Below, one piece after another: positions 1-9,131 of a DNA stretch of 62,814 nucleotides. Position 1 is the stretch's first letter. Each line of letters starts with the position of its first letter. Made by a program: the position numbers and the translations under genes. A model generated the notes under the pieces. That model saw nothing but the letters and a program-made list of their open reading frames with translations, was not told the origin of the DNA and did no database searches. The DNA comes from Deltaproteobacteria bacterium (GTDB lineage: Bacteria > Myxococcota > Myxococcia > SLRQ01): the NCBI GenBank assembly GCA_029210625.1, contig JARGFU010000001.1, positions 6,992 to 69,805 of the forward strand, written 5' to 3'.

Positions 1-278
1 GCTACTCGGTCCGCCTCCTCGAGAAGGAGGGCGGCCGCAGCGGCCCCTGGCACGCGGACGGTTGACACCCCGGCCTCCCTCGGCGGAAGCGCGCGAAGGC
101 GGCGCCCAGCCGGCGCAGCGTGCGGTCCCGTGTGCCCCAGGCTCGAGCTGGGGGGGTCCGCGGGGGGGAGTGGAGCTCCCCCCCGCTAGTACGACATGCT
201 CAAGGCCGTCGATCGCGGCATGAGCTACTCGGTCCGCCTCCTCGAGAAGGAGGGCGGCCGCAGCGGCCCCTGGCACGC
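1..278 (+). repeat. Perfect 55-bp direct repeat (copies 1..55 and 224..278); each copy encodes the C-terminus of a small ORF (...[19 protein letters not shown])
   Basis: Both copies read gctactcggtccgcctcctcgagaaggagggcggccgcagcggcccctggcacgc with 55/55 identity by direct comparison; copy 1 is cut by the window edge. Confidence 0.85.
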
Positions 279-288
279 CGGTCAGTAA
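196..288 (+). CDS. Small ORF (30 aa, [30 protein letters not shown]); a tandem paralog is partially present at 1..64
   Basis: ATG at 196 and TAA at 286. C-terminal 19 aa are identical to the upstream partial ORF ending at 64 (TGA 62-64). The 3' end overlaps convergently with the stop of the 282..2852 gene. A short ORF at high GC is weak evidence on its own. Confidence 0.25.
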   Translation: MLKAVDRGMSYSVRLLEKEGGRSGPWHAGQ

Positions 289-2852
289 ACCAGGTCGATG
301 GTGCGGCGCTCGCCCGCGTCCAGCGAGATCAGCTGCAGGTAGGGCAGCCCGCCCTCCAGGTGGGTCGGCCCGGCGAGGAGCAGGGCGGGCCCGGGAGCGA
401 GGCCCTCCAGCGCGTAGCGGCCCTCTCCCCCGGCCAGGTCCACCTCGACCAGCCGGGCCCCTCGCAGGTAGGGCCGGGTCGCCTCGACCCCGCTCTCGAA
501 GAAGCGGACCAGCCCCTCCCAGCCCTCCTCCCGCGCGGTGTTGGCGAGCTGCGCGCCGACGACGAGGACGATGAAGCTCCGCTGCCCGGGATCGGTGAGG
601 ACGCCGCCCTCGATCCGGGCGTCCGCCGGCGTGCCCACGTCGAGCTCGAGGGTCTCCCCCGCCCGCAGCTCTCCGACCCGGGAGACCCCGAGCATCTTCT
701 CTCCGGGGCGGTCGGCCGTGACGAAGGCCTGGTAGCGCCCCGGCGGCAGGACCTGGCTCCGGTAGCGGCCCCAGGCGTCGGCCGGCACCGTCGAGCGGGC
801 CGACCCCCACACCGAGGCCTCCCCGAAGCGCTCGAGCTGGAGGATGGCGTGCGGCCTCCCGAAGGCTCGCCCCTCGATGACGCCGCCGGCCTGCAGGGTC
901 AGCCGGATCCGGTCCGTCTCCGGCCCGATGGCGGGGCAGTCGTCCTGGGAGCTCGCCACGTAGCCCGGGTGCTCGGCCCACACGCAGCGTGAGCCCTCGC
1001 CCGGGCGGATCCGGACCTCGCCGGCCGCGTCGGTGGTGTGCCACCCCCCCGCGATCACGAGCGCCCCCTCCACGCCCTCCCCCTCGGGGTCGACCACCTC
1101 GACGGTGACCTCGGGGCCCGGACCGAGGCGCACCTCTCCGAGCTCCACCGGCCCCGGGCAGCCGCCCTCCAGCGAGCGGGTGAGGGTCGCGTGGCCCGGG
1201 CCCTGGAAGCGCACCTCCCTCCTCTCGAAGAGGAGCTCGGCCCGGAAGCGACCGTCGGCCCGCTTCTCCAGGGTCCCCTCCACGAGCTCGACCCCGCCGA
1301 GCGGGAGCCCGGCCGTCGAGACGAGCCTCCCCTCGATCACGCAGAGGGTCTCCAGCTCGATCTCCACTCCGTCGGAGGGCACGCTCAGCGAGCTGAACCC
1401 CGACCCGTACCCGAAGGCCGTGACCGAGGCGATGGCCGGCCCGGGCGGCAGGGCGGTGAAGACGAAGCGGCCCTCCTCGTCGGTGATCGCTCGCACCTCG
1501 GCGAATTCGTTGCTCTCGACCCCGGTCTCCCCCCGCAGGGTCTGGCCGTGGACCGTGACCTCGGCGCCGGCGACGGGCCGGCGATCGTCCGAGGCCAGGG
1601 CCACCCCCTCGAGGCGCCCGGTGGGGCGTGCCCGGATCAGCTCGACCACCGAGCGCTCGCCGGAGACGATCTCGACCCGGCGGGGCTCCCCCGCCGCGAG
1701 GCCGGGCGCCGTCAGGCGAAGCTCCACCACGCCGGGAGCGAGGTCGTCGATCCGCGCCGCCCCCTCGGCGTCGAGGGCCACGCTGCGCAGCGGGGCGCCG
1801 GGGACCTCCGGCTGGAGGGACACCCTCCCCCCGGGGATCGGCGACCCGTCCTCGAAGCGCGCCGACACCACGAGCTCACCCGCCCGCTCCAGGGTGATCT
1901 CGAGGAGGGGCGGCAGGGGCTCCCACCGGCCTTCGAAGCTGCCGTGGCCGGCGTGGCGCACGGTCAGCTCTCCGCTCCGGCTGGCCCCCGAGAGCCAGCA
2001 GACGCCCTCGGCGTCGGTGTGGTGGTCCTCGTCCACCCGCCAGCCGCCGCGCAACATCACCCGGGCTCCGGCGATGGGCTCTCCCCCGGCGTCCCTCACC
2101 CGGACCTCGGTCCGCGGACGCGGCTCGAGCACCAGCAGCACCGAGGCCTCGACCGGAGCTCCCTCCGGGGCGGGAGGGATCGCGGCCCGGGTGGCGGCAG
2201 CCGACCCCTCGTCGCGGCGGGCCATCACCTCCACCTCGCCCACCGGCAGCCCCTCGAAGGTGAAGGAGCCGTCGGCCGCCGAGACCGTCTCGAGCCCCTC
2301 CAAGCGCGGCGTGATCCACACCGGCACCTCGGCGGCCGGCCGCTGCCCGGCGTCGATCACCCGGCCCCTCAGCCGACCCCTCGGCCAGAGGTACAGCTCC
2401 TCGGTCCAGGGCTCGCCCGGCTCGACCCTGGGCTGGCTGCGCTCGTCGAGGGGGGTCGCCGCCGAGGCCAGGTCCCCCCACTCGGCCTGGAGCCGGTGGG
2501 GAAGCGAGACGTCGATCGGGAGGGAGAGTCGCCCGTCGGCCTCACTCACCCCCACCGGCTCGCCGTCCAGGAGGAGGGTCGCTCCCCCGGCCGGCTCGCC
2601 GCTCGGGTGGCGAACCCTCACCGTGAGCGTGGGCCGGAAGTCCGGCGCCTCGGGCGCGTCGGCGCTCGCCACCGGGACCCTTTCGCCCAGCACCGCGGCC
2701 CGCCGCTCGGCGCGGGCCCGCTTCAGGCGGAGCGTCGCCGCGTTCGGGCTGGTCATCGACTCCGGCAGGAAGGAGATCACCAGGCCGGCGCCGGCCAGGA
2801 AGATCCCGACCCCGAGGACGACCGCGATCAGGACCGTAGTGCGCCACGCCAC
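282..2852 (-). CDS. Membrane-anchored protein built of multiple carboxypeptidase-regulatory-like (CarbopepD_reg) beta-sandwich repeats
   Basis: 856-aa ORF with an N-terminal TM helix ([23 protein letters not shown]). It contains repeated motifs of the type [12 protein letters not shown] and [13 protein letters not shown]. Codon usage is GC3-rich and consistent with a real gene. Confidence 0.7.
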   Translation of the reverse strand: MAWRTTVLIAVVLGVGIFLAGAGLVISFLPESMTSPNAATLRLKRARAERRAAVLGERVPVASADAPEAPDFRPTLTVRVRHPSGEPAGGATLLLDGEPVGVSEADGRLSLPIDVSLPHRLQAEWGDLASAATPLDERSQPRVEPGEPWTEELYLWPRGRLRGRVIDAGQRPAAEVPVWITPRLEGLETVSAADGSFTFEGLPVGEVEVMARRDEGSAAATRAAIPPAPEGAPVEASVLLVLEPRPRTEVRVRDAGGEPIAGARVMLRGGWRVDEDHHTDAEGVCWLSGASRSGELTVRHAGHGSFEGRWEPLPPLLEITLERAGELVVSARFEDGSPIPGGRVSLQPEVPGAPLRSVALDAEGAARIDDLAPGVVELRLTAPGLAAGEPRRVEIVSGERSVVELIRARPTGRLEGVALASDDRRPVAGAEVTVHGQTLRGETGVESNEFAEVRAITDEEGRFVFTALPPGPAIASVTAFGYGSGFSSLSVPSDGVEIELETLCVIEGRLVSTAGLPLGGVELVEGTLEKRADGRFRAELLFERREVRFQGPGHATLTRSLEGGCPGPVELGEVRLGPGPEVTVEVVDPEGEGVEGALVIAGGWHTTDAAGEVRIRPGEGSRCVWAEHPGYVASSQDDCPAIGPETDRIRLTLQAGGVIEGRAFGRPHAILQLERFGEASVWGSARSTVPADAWGRYRSQVLPPGRYQAFVTADRPGEKMLGVSRVGELRAGETLELDVGTPADARIEGGVLTDPGQRSFIVLVVGAQLANTAREEGWEGLVRFFESGVEATRPYLRGARLVEVDLAGGEGRYALEGLAPGPALLLAGPTHLEGGLPYLQLISLDAGERRTIDLVY

Positions 2853-2900
2853 CGCCCGAGGGTAGCGGGTTTCACCGGCGCCTGGCGAATGGCCGGAGCG

Positions 2901-3236
2901 TCAGGCCGCCGGGGCGAGCTCGACCACGCCGGCGGCGCGGTGCCGCACGAGGGCGATGAAGCCCTCCCAGGTCTCGGGGCGCATGGTCAGGGTGCTGAAC
3001 TCGCGGCCGCTGCTCTTGCCGGCGAAGACGACCTCGCCGCGGATCCACTCGGAGGTGCCGTCGGGGAAGCGCAGGATCCCCACCAGGCGCTGGGCGGGCG
3101 CGAGCTGCAGGTCCCAGATCTTCAGGGTGTCGAGGTCGATCGCCTCGACCTCGCGCTCGAGGGTCTCGCTCTCTCCGGCGAGGGTCAGCGAGATGCGCTC
3201 GGCCTGCTTCTTCCCCGGCTTCGTGATGGCGTCCAT
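2901..3236 (-). CDS. Hypothetical protein (~111 aa, starts MDAITKPGKK)
   Basis: In-frame ATG at 3234-3236 inside the 2901..3332 ORF. Strong GC3 bias throughout. No family recognised. Confidence 0.5.
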   Translation of the reverse strand: MDAITKPGKKQAERISLTLAGESETLEREVEAIDLDTLKIWDLQLAPAQRLVGILRFPDGTSEWIRGEVVFAGKSSGREFSTLTMRPETWEGFIALVRHRAAGVVELAPAA

Positions 3237-3468
3237 GGTTGGGTGGAATACGCCCGGCCCCCGTGGATGCCTGTGACTGCGGTCACCCGGCCATCGCTTT
3301 TTCAGCCATCCCCCGATCATGGCGGCGATCATCCTCCCTCGCGGAGGGCGCGCCAGTTTTTGGCGTGATGGGGATCACGGTGAGCCGCGAGCTGTGAGCT
3401 GTGAGCTACGAGCTGTCGGGCCGAGTGGCGCTTCGCAGCCTGGTTGGCAGTTGATATGGAGGCGCCTC

Positions 3469-5022
3469 ATGAAGGTCTTCGTTCGTGTCGGCGCTCTCTC
3501 CGTCTCCCTCCTCCTCGCCGGGCCGGTGCTGGCCGAGGGGGCGCTCTCAGGGAGGGTGGTCGACGCGCTCTCGGGCCGGGCGCTCTCGGGCGTCGAGGTG
3601 ACCCTCGAGGACACGGGGGCCCGGGCCCTCACCGCCACCGACGGGCGCTACCGCCTCGACGCCCGCGAGTCCCTCGCGCGGACCCTCTCGCTGGCGGCGA
3701 GCGGCTACTGGCCGGCGCGCTTCGTCGATCAGCGGGTCGAGCGGGAGGCCACCCTGCGCCTCCTGCCGCGCCGGATCGACGAGGCCGCCCTGCGCGCCTG
3801 CACCGCCGACCTCGGCCGCTGCTTCGGCGTGCCCACCCACCGGCCCGAGGCCGCGGCCGTCCCGGGCCTGCCGCAGCGGCTGCCGGTCGCAGTGGTCCTC
3901 CCGAACGGCCTCACCGCGCCGCCCGAGCTGCCCGCCACGGTGAAGGTCGCCCGCCGCTTCGCCTCCTCCTGCTCGGGCAACCCCATCGTGCAGATCGACG
4001 AGGTCGCCTTCGAAGACTACGTCGCCGGGGTGGTGCCCGCCGAGATCGGCGTCTTCAAGAGCACCCCCGGCGGCCCCGAGTCGGCCCGGGCCAGCTTCGA
4101 GACCTTCGCGGTCCTCGCCCGCACCTACGCGCTCTGGTGGTGGTTGCAGAGCGGCGGCGCCAGCGCCCAGTACCACCTCGACGACACCGCCTGTAACCAG
4201 CGCTACGAGGACTACCGCGACGCCTGGATCACCTCGGTGGTCGACTCCACCGCCGGGAAGGTCCTGGTGAGCGCCGCCGATCCCACCGTGATCGACAAGT
4301 ACGAGTACGCGGCCTCCTGCGGCCGGCACGGCACCCGCCCCGAGTACCAGACCGAGCTGGTGCCCGATCAGACCGGCACGGTGGGCTGCACCAACGGCGG
4401 CTGGTGCGGCCACGACAACTGCGCGGCCCACGAGGACAACCCCTCCCTGCCCGCGGGCAACCGCTGCCTGGTGCGCGGCACCTGCCAGTGGGGCTCGCTG
4501 GAGTGGTCCTTCGTCGGGCGGGACTACGGCTGGATCCTGGGCCACTACGAGCCGAACCTGACGCTGGTCACCCTCGGCGGCGATCCCACCGCGAACCTGG
4601 TGGGCTTCGTCCGGGAGCTCGACGTCTACACGGGCCCCGACATCGCCGACGCCGCGGTGAGCCTCGACTCGGGCGAGAGCACGATCACCGACGTCACCGG
4701 CTTCTACCGGATCGTCGGCCTGCCGCTCGGCACCTACCAGATCACCGCCAGCGCGACCGGCTACCAGAGCGGCAGCCGGGAGAAGGTCCTCGACGGGCCC
4801 GGTGACTTCTGGGGCTCGCTGGCCCTCCTGCCCGAGGGCCACGACGGCGGCACCGATCCCACCGACGGTGGCGGGAGCGACGGGGGCACCTCCGACGCGG
4901 GGGGAGGCGGCGGCGACGCCCCGCAGGGCGGCTGCGGCTGCGCCAGCCAGGCGCCCGCCCCGGCCGGGAACCTGCTGCTCGCCCTCGCGCTCTTCGGCCT
5001 CGCGCTGCGGCGCCGGAGGTGA
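3469..5022 (+). CDS. Secreted SpoIID/LytB-domain protein flanked by CarbopepD_reg-like domains, with a MYXO-CTERM sorting tail
   Basis: ATG at 3469 with a GGAGG ribosome-binding site 9 nt upstream. Signal peptide MKVFVRVGALSVSLLLAGPVLAEG. SpoIID core motifs are present (FEDYVAGVVPAEIG, LARTYALWW, HLDDTACNQRY). C-terminus reads GGCGCASQAPAPAGNLLLALALFGLALRRRR. Confidence 0.8.
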   Translation: MKVFVRVGALSVSLLLAGPVLAEGALSGRVVDALSGRALSGVEVTLEDTGARALTATDGRYRLDARESLARTLSLAASGYWPARFVDQRVEREATLRLLPRRIDEAALRACTADLGRCFGVPTHRPEAAAVPGLPQRLPVAVVLPNGLTAPPELPATVKVARRFASSCSGNPIVQIDEVAFEDYVAGVVPAEIGVFKSTPGGPESARASFETFAVLARTYALWWWLQSGGASAQYHLDDTACNQRYEDYRDAWITSVVDSTAGKVLVSAADPTVIDKYEYAASCGRHGTRPEYQTELVPDQTGTVGCTNGGWCGHDNCAAHEDNPSLPAGNRCLVRGTCQWGSLEWSFVGRDYGWILGHYEPNLTLVTLGGDPTANLVGFVRELDVYTGPDIADAAVSLDSGESTITDVTGFYRIVGLPLGTYQITASATGYQSGSREKVLDGPGDFWGSLALLPEGHDGGTDPTDGGGSDGGTSDAGGGGGDAPQGGCGCASQAPAPAGNLLLALALFGLALRRRR

Positions 5023-5076
5023 CTCCTCCCCACGCCGCCTTTGCCTGAGACGGGATCGCGGACGTAGATTGCGCCC

Positions 5077-7677
5077 ATGAAGCGGATTCTGGGAGGGATC
5101 GTCTGCCTTCTGCTGCCTGCGCTCGCGCTGGCGCAGGGCAGCGAGGTGCACGAGCAGCCGGACATTCTCCTGGGCGAGGTGACGCTCCCCCTCATCGAGC
5201 GCTCCGAGACCCTGGAGGACCTCCCCCTGGGCGCGTCGCTCTTCGAGGGTACGCTCGGCGGCGCGACCCGCCTCTTCCTGGCGGGCGGCGTCGAGCCGGG
5301 GGGAGTCGGGGAGCGCGCCATCCGCGTCTGGGAGCCGGCGGAGCGGCGCTGGGCGGCGACGGGCCTCTATCTCCCGGGAGAGCTGGTCCCCCGGTCGCCG
5401 GTGAGCGTCACCTGGATCGACCACAGCGCGGGGAGCTTCCTCTCCCTGGGCACCTCGAACCTCCGGGTCGACCCGAGGCCGGCCGCCTTCCTCGACGACC
5501 GGGAGCTCTCCTTCGACACCACCGGTAGCTGCAGCGACCTCGCCGCCGAGACCTCCGCCGCCGGCACCCCCCTGCGGCTGGGCAGCTCCCACTTCTTCAC
5601 CAAGCCGGCCGGGGCCCTGGGCACCCCGGACACCCTGGCCGTCTTCCTCTACCTGGTGGATCCGGACTTCGAGTCCGCCGAGGGCCGCTTCTACAGCGTC
5701 GCGCAGCCCAAGATCGCCACCGGCGCGCCCGACACCATCTGCTTCCAGCGGATCCTCGATCGGATCTCGATCCCCGAGGACCGGGTCTTCGCCTCGGTGC
5801 TCTTCGATCCGACCGCCCGGCAGGGCGAGGGCGCCCTCCTCTTCGCCGGCGGCCAGGGGGTCAGCCAGTCCAGGAACACCACCGCCGTGGCCTACGATCT
5901 CCAGGGCGTGGCCGAGGAGCTCATCGGCTCGGGCTCGAACCAGTCTCCCGAGGCGATGATCCCCCTCGCCGACGGCAGCGGCGTCCTCCTCCTCGTCGAC
6001 GAGGATCCCACCCAGAGGGAGGACGTCCCCGGCCTCGTCGAGGCCCGCTACGACCAGACGAGCGGGCGCTACGAGCTGACCCCCCGGGCCGCGCCGGTCG
6101 GGGTCGGCGGCCAGCCCCCGGCCGGCGTCTACGCCGATGGCTTCGATGCCGGCATGTGGCGCCTGGCCCGGGAGCCCTCCGACGGGACCCTCGTCCTCTA
6201 CGCCCACACCAGCCCGGCCAGCGCCCAGGCCGGTGGCCACGACGTCGACGGCGCCTCCGGGACCCAGAGCGACTACGTCACCCTGCGCGAGGGGACCCTC
6301 GCGCTCTTCGGCCAGACCGAGCACTTCGTGATCTGGCCCCGGCAGTACGGCACCGAGTTCACCTTCCTGCTCACCCTCGACGGCGAGCCCACGGGGCGCT
6401 GGGGGATCGACTACCGCTCGCGGGACGACGGCGTGAACTCCACCCTGGAGTTCGGAAAGATGGACTCCCAGACGCGGGATGACGGCCTCTTCGTCCTCTC
6501 CCTCGAGGGCTACGATCCCGAGGAGTCCTACTTCACCCTCATCGTGCTCGACGGCGGCAACAAGTACCCGGTCCTCGATCTCGACCTGCTGACGACGGTG
6601 CGGGAGCGGGAGAGCGTCTACCGGGGCTTCGGCTGCCAGAGCGGCGGGGGCAGCGGCGGGCTCGCGCTCGTCCTGCTCGCCCTGCTCCTCGCCGGCGCGC
6701 GCCGCCGCCAGGCGCCGGCCCTGCTGCTGGCCGGGCTCCTCCTCTCGGCCTCGCTCCCGGCCCGGGCCGAGGAGGCCCGGGAGGGGCGGCCCCGCCTCGC
6801 CTTCCTCGGGGTGACCCCCGGCGCGGGCGTCGACGCCCTCACCGCCGAGGCCATCAGCGACTACATCCAGACCCTCACCGCCGAGACCCAGGGCTACGAC
6901 GTCATCCGCCTCACCGAGGTGAAGGAGATGCTCGGCTTCGAGGCGCAGAAGCAGCTCCTGGGCTGCGACGAGAGCGGCTGCCTGGCCGACATCGCCGGCG
7001 CCCTCGACGTCGACCGCCTCCTGCGGGCCTCGGTCTCGCGCATCGGCTCGTCGATGATGATCCAGCTGACCCTCCTCGACGGCCGGGAGGCCACCCAGAT
7101 CCGGGCCTCGGGGATGCGCCTGGAGGAGGCCGAGGACGCCGAGCCGGTCCTCGACGTGCTGCCCGAGATCCTCGACGAGGTCTTCCAGGCCGACGAGCGC
7201 TTCGAGGGCAAGCGGGTGAAGGCCCGCAGCCGGCTCGGCAAGAAGCGCGGCTCCCGGGGCTACGTCCCCGAGCACCGCTGGTCTCTCGGCGCGGGCGTCG
7301 ACATCGACGTCGCGAACGGCGGCGGCACGCTGCTGGGCCTCCACGTCGGCTACCGCAGCCGCGTCTTCGGCTTCGGCCTCTCGGTGATGCCGCGCATGGG
7401 GGTGAGCCCCATCGAGGCCTTCACGGTGCCGGTGGGCCTGCGCGCCGAGGTGCGCCTGCGCCTCTTCAAGGCCGGGCCGGTCCACCCCAACCTGGTCCTG
7501 GGCACCACCATGTTCCCCACCGACGCGCTGCTGGCCCGCGCCGGCGTCCACGTCGACGTCGATCTCCACCGCTTCCTGCGCGCCTACGTCGCCCTCGCCG
7601 CCGAGGCGCTCACCGGCAACCAGCCCTTCCACCAGGGCTACGCCGTCCTCTCCGTCGGCGCCGCCTTCGTTCCCTAG
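5077..7677 (+). CDS. Secreted protein with an internal MYXO-CTERM-like segment (around aa 515-545), followed in frame by a second signal-peptide-like segment and a C-terminal domain
   Basis: Signal peptide MKRILGGIVCLLLPALALAQG. An internal RGFGCQSGGGSGGLALVLLALLLAGARRRQ is immediately followed by APALLLAGLLLSASLPARAEE, with no stop and no ATG/GTG/TTG between them (see findings). Confidence 0.6.
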   Translation: MKRILGGIVCLLLPALALAQGSEVHEQPDILLGEVTLPLIERSETLEDLPLGASLFEGTLGGATRLFLAGGVEPGGVGERAIRVWEPAERRWAATGLYLPGELVPRSPVSVTWIDHSAGSFLSLGTSNLRVDPRPAAFLDDRELSFDTTGSCSDLAAETSAAGTPLRLGSSHFFTKPAGALGTPDTLAVFLYLVDPDFESAEGRFYSVAQPKIATGAPDTICFQRILDRISIPEDRVFASVLFDPTARQGEGALLFAGGQGVSQSRNTTAVAYDLQGVAEELIGSGSNQSPEAMIPLADGSGVLLLVDEDPTQREDVPGLVEARYDQTSGRYELTPRAAPVGVGGQPPAGVYADGFDAGMWRLAREPSDGTLVLYAHTSPASAQAGGHDVDGASGTQSDYVTLREGTLALFGQTEHFVIWPRQYGTEFTFLLTLDGEPTGRWGIDYRSRDDGVNSTLEFGKMDSQTRDDGLFVLSLEGYDPEESYFTLIVLDGGNKYPVLDLDLLTTVRERESVYRGFGCQSGGGSGGLALVLLALLLAGARRRQAPALLLAGLLLSASLPARAEEAREGRPRLAFLGVTPGAGVDALTAEAISDYIQTLTAETQGYDVIRLTEVKEMLGFEAQKQLLGCDESGCLADIAGALDVDRLLRASVSRIGSSMMIQLTLLDGREATQIRASGMRLEEAEDAEPVLDVLPEILDEVFQADERFEGKRVKARSRLGKKRGSRGYVPEHRWSLGAGVDIDVANGGGTLLGLHVGYRSRVFGFGLSVMPRMGVSPIEAFTVPVGLRAEVRLRLFKAGPVHPNLVLGTTMFPTDALLARAGVHVDVDLHRFLRAYVALAAEALTGNQPFHQGYAVLSVGAAFVP

Positions 7678-9125
7678 ACAATCGACGCGGCCCGCGCCTC
7701 GACCCGGGCGATGACCGCCTCGAAGGCCCGGCTGATCCGGGTCTGGTCGCGGATCATCGCCACCTTCGGCCAGGTCACCCGCTCCCCCTCCAGGATGAAC
7801 TTCTCGAAGTCGGCCAGGCTGGGGTTGGCGACGATCTTCCGCAGCATCGCCGGATCCACCCGGGGGTGGATGTTGATGTCCCCCACGTAGGGCTGGGCCA
7901 TCAGGTCGTGCAGCCGGCCCAGCCGCCGGCGGACGCGCTCGTTCTCGATGTAGCGGCTGGAGGCGCCGAGGATCGAGGCCAGGTGGGAGGTGGTCAGCTC
8001 GCTGGCGAGCGCCAGCCCGGCCTGGGCCAGGCTCTCCTGCTCGCTCTTGCCGGCGAAGAGGTACACGTGGGCGTTGGTCTGGCTGACGATGAAGTGGTTC
8101 ACGTTGTGCAGCCGCCCGACGCGAGCCATGGGCACGTCGCCGCCCACGCTGCCGTCGATCCACCGCTCCCGGGGCAGGTAGGGCACGGGCTCGCCCTCGG
8201 GACCCCGCGTCATCAGCATGGCGGGCTCGAAGAGGAAGGGCATGGCGCAGGAGACGGCCGCCGAGTAGGTGACCAGCAGGTCGGGCGCCGTCAGGTGGTT
8301 GAGGATCCGCGGCTTCTGCCGGCTGCGGGTCGGCGCGACCGAGATGTTCAGGACCCGGCCGGTCTTCGCGAAGGCCTCCGCGAAGGTGTAGTCGCCGCCC
8401 ATGTTCGTGCGGATGTGTTCGAGGAGCTGCTCGTGCCCGAAGAGCGACTTGTCCCGGGCGATCTGGCGCAGGCCCTTGAAGCGGACCGCCACCCGGTGGA
8501 CCTCCTCCGGGTGGGCGAACATCCGCGCGTTCTCCTCGTCGGTCCGGGTGCAGACCCCGGCGGCGACGATCGCCCCCATGCTCGAGCCCGAGATGATCGA
8601 GGGCAGGAGCCCCCGCAGGAAGAGGGCCTTCACCACCCCCAGGTGGTAGATGCCCAGGGTCGCGCCGCCAGAGAGCATCAGGGCCGAGCGGCCGAACTTG
8701 TGCTGGGCCTGGAAGAGGCGCTCGAGCTTGGCCTCGTCGGGCAGGCCGGTCCTCTTCTCGTCGGCCAGCCAGTTCAGCGCCCGGACGGCCAGCTCGAGGA
8801 AGCGCCGGGGCAGGTGCTTGGTCTCACCGCTGTAGGTCTCGCAGTAGAGGCGCGGGTTCAAGAGGTCGTGGTGGTGCTGGGTCAGCGCCTCCTCGAGGAG
8901 CTCGACCAGCGCCGGCGCGTCCTCCCGCGCGAGGCAGGACTCGAAGCGCGCGACGTCCTCCCGGATCACCTCGTGGTCGTAGTAGTTCGAGCGCTCGTCC
9001 TCGAGCCACGCGTCGTTGTGCTCGAGGGCGTCGAGGGTCTCCGCGGCGGCGAGCCAGTCCTCGTAGGTGAGCGCGGACTCCATCGCCCGCCGCGCCGCCC
9101 GCCGCTGCTTTCGTTCCGAGAACAT
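7674..9125 (-). CDS. Patatin-like phospholipase (DUF3336 N-terminal region plus patatin domain)
   Basis: Oxyanion and nucleophile motifs are present (GGATLGIYHLGV, ISGSSMGAIVAAG, GxSxG type). A downstream DG catalytic-dyad region is also visible. Confidence 0.8.
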   Translation of the reverse strand: MFSERKQRRAARRAMESALTYEDWLAAAETLDALEHNDAWLEDERSNYYDHEVIREDVARFESCLAREDAPALVELLEEALTQHHHDLLNPRLYCETYSGETKHLPRRFLELAVRALNWLADEKRTGLPDEAKLERLFQAQHKFGRSALMLSGGATLGIYHLGVVKALFLRGLLPSIISGSSMGAIVAAGVCTRTDEENARMFAHPEEVHRVAVRFKGLRQIARDKSLFGHEQLLEHIRTNMGGDYTFAEAFAKTGRVLNISVAPTRSRQKPRILNHLTAPDLLVTYSAAVSCAMPFLFEPAMLMTRGPEGEPVPYLPRERWIDGSVGGDVPMARVGRLHNVNHFIVSQTNAHVYLFAGKSEQESLAQAGLALASELTTSHLASILGASSRYIENERVRRRLGRLHDLMAQPYVGDINIHPRVDPAMLRKIVANPSLADFEKFILEGERVTWPKVAMIRDQTRISRAFEAVIARVEARAASIV

Positions 9126-9131
9126 CGCTGC

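Noticed and set aside
1038-3368. 776-aa ORF on + strand (with the nested 1033..2865 ORF)
   Set aside because: Antisense to the well-supported 282..2852 gene. Arg/Gly/Pro/Asp-rich low-complexity translation typical of non-coding frames at high GC.
3440-3460. Sigma-54-like TTGGCAG...TTGATAT upstream of the SpoIID-like gene
   Set aside because: GG and GC elements are not at the required 10-nt spacing. Does not match the TGGCAC-N5-TTGC consensus.
3547-8163. 1538-aa ORF on - strand
   Set aside because: Spans three well-supported + strand genes in antisense. Composition is Arg/Gly/Ala/Pro noise with no domains.
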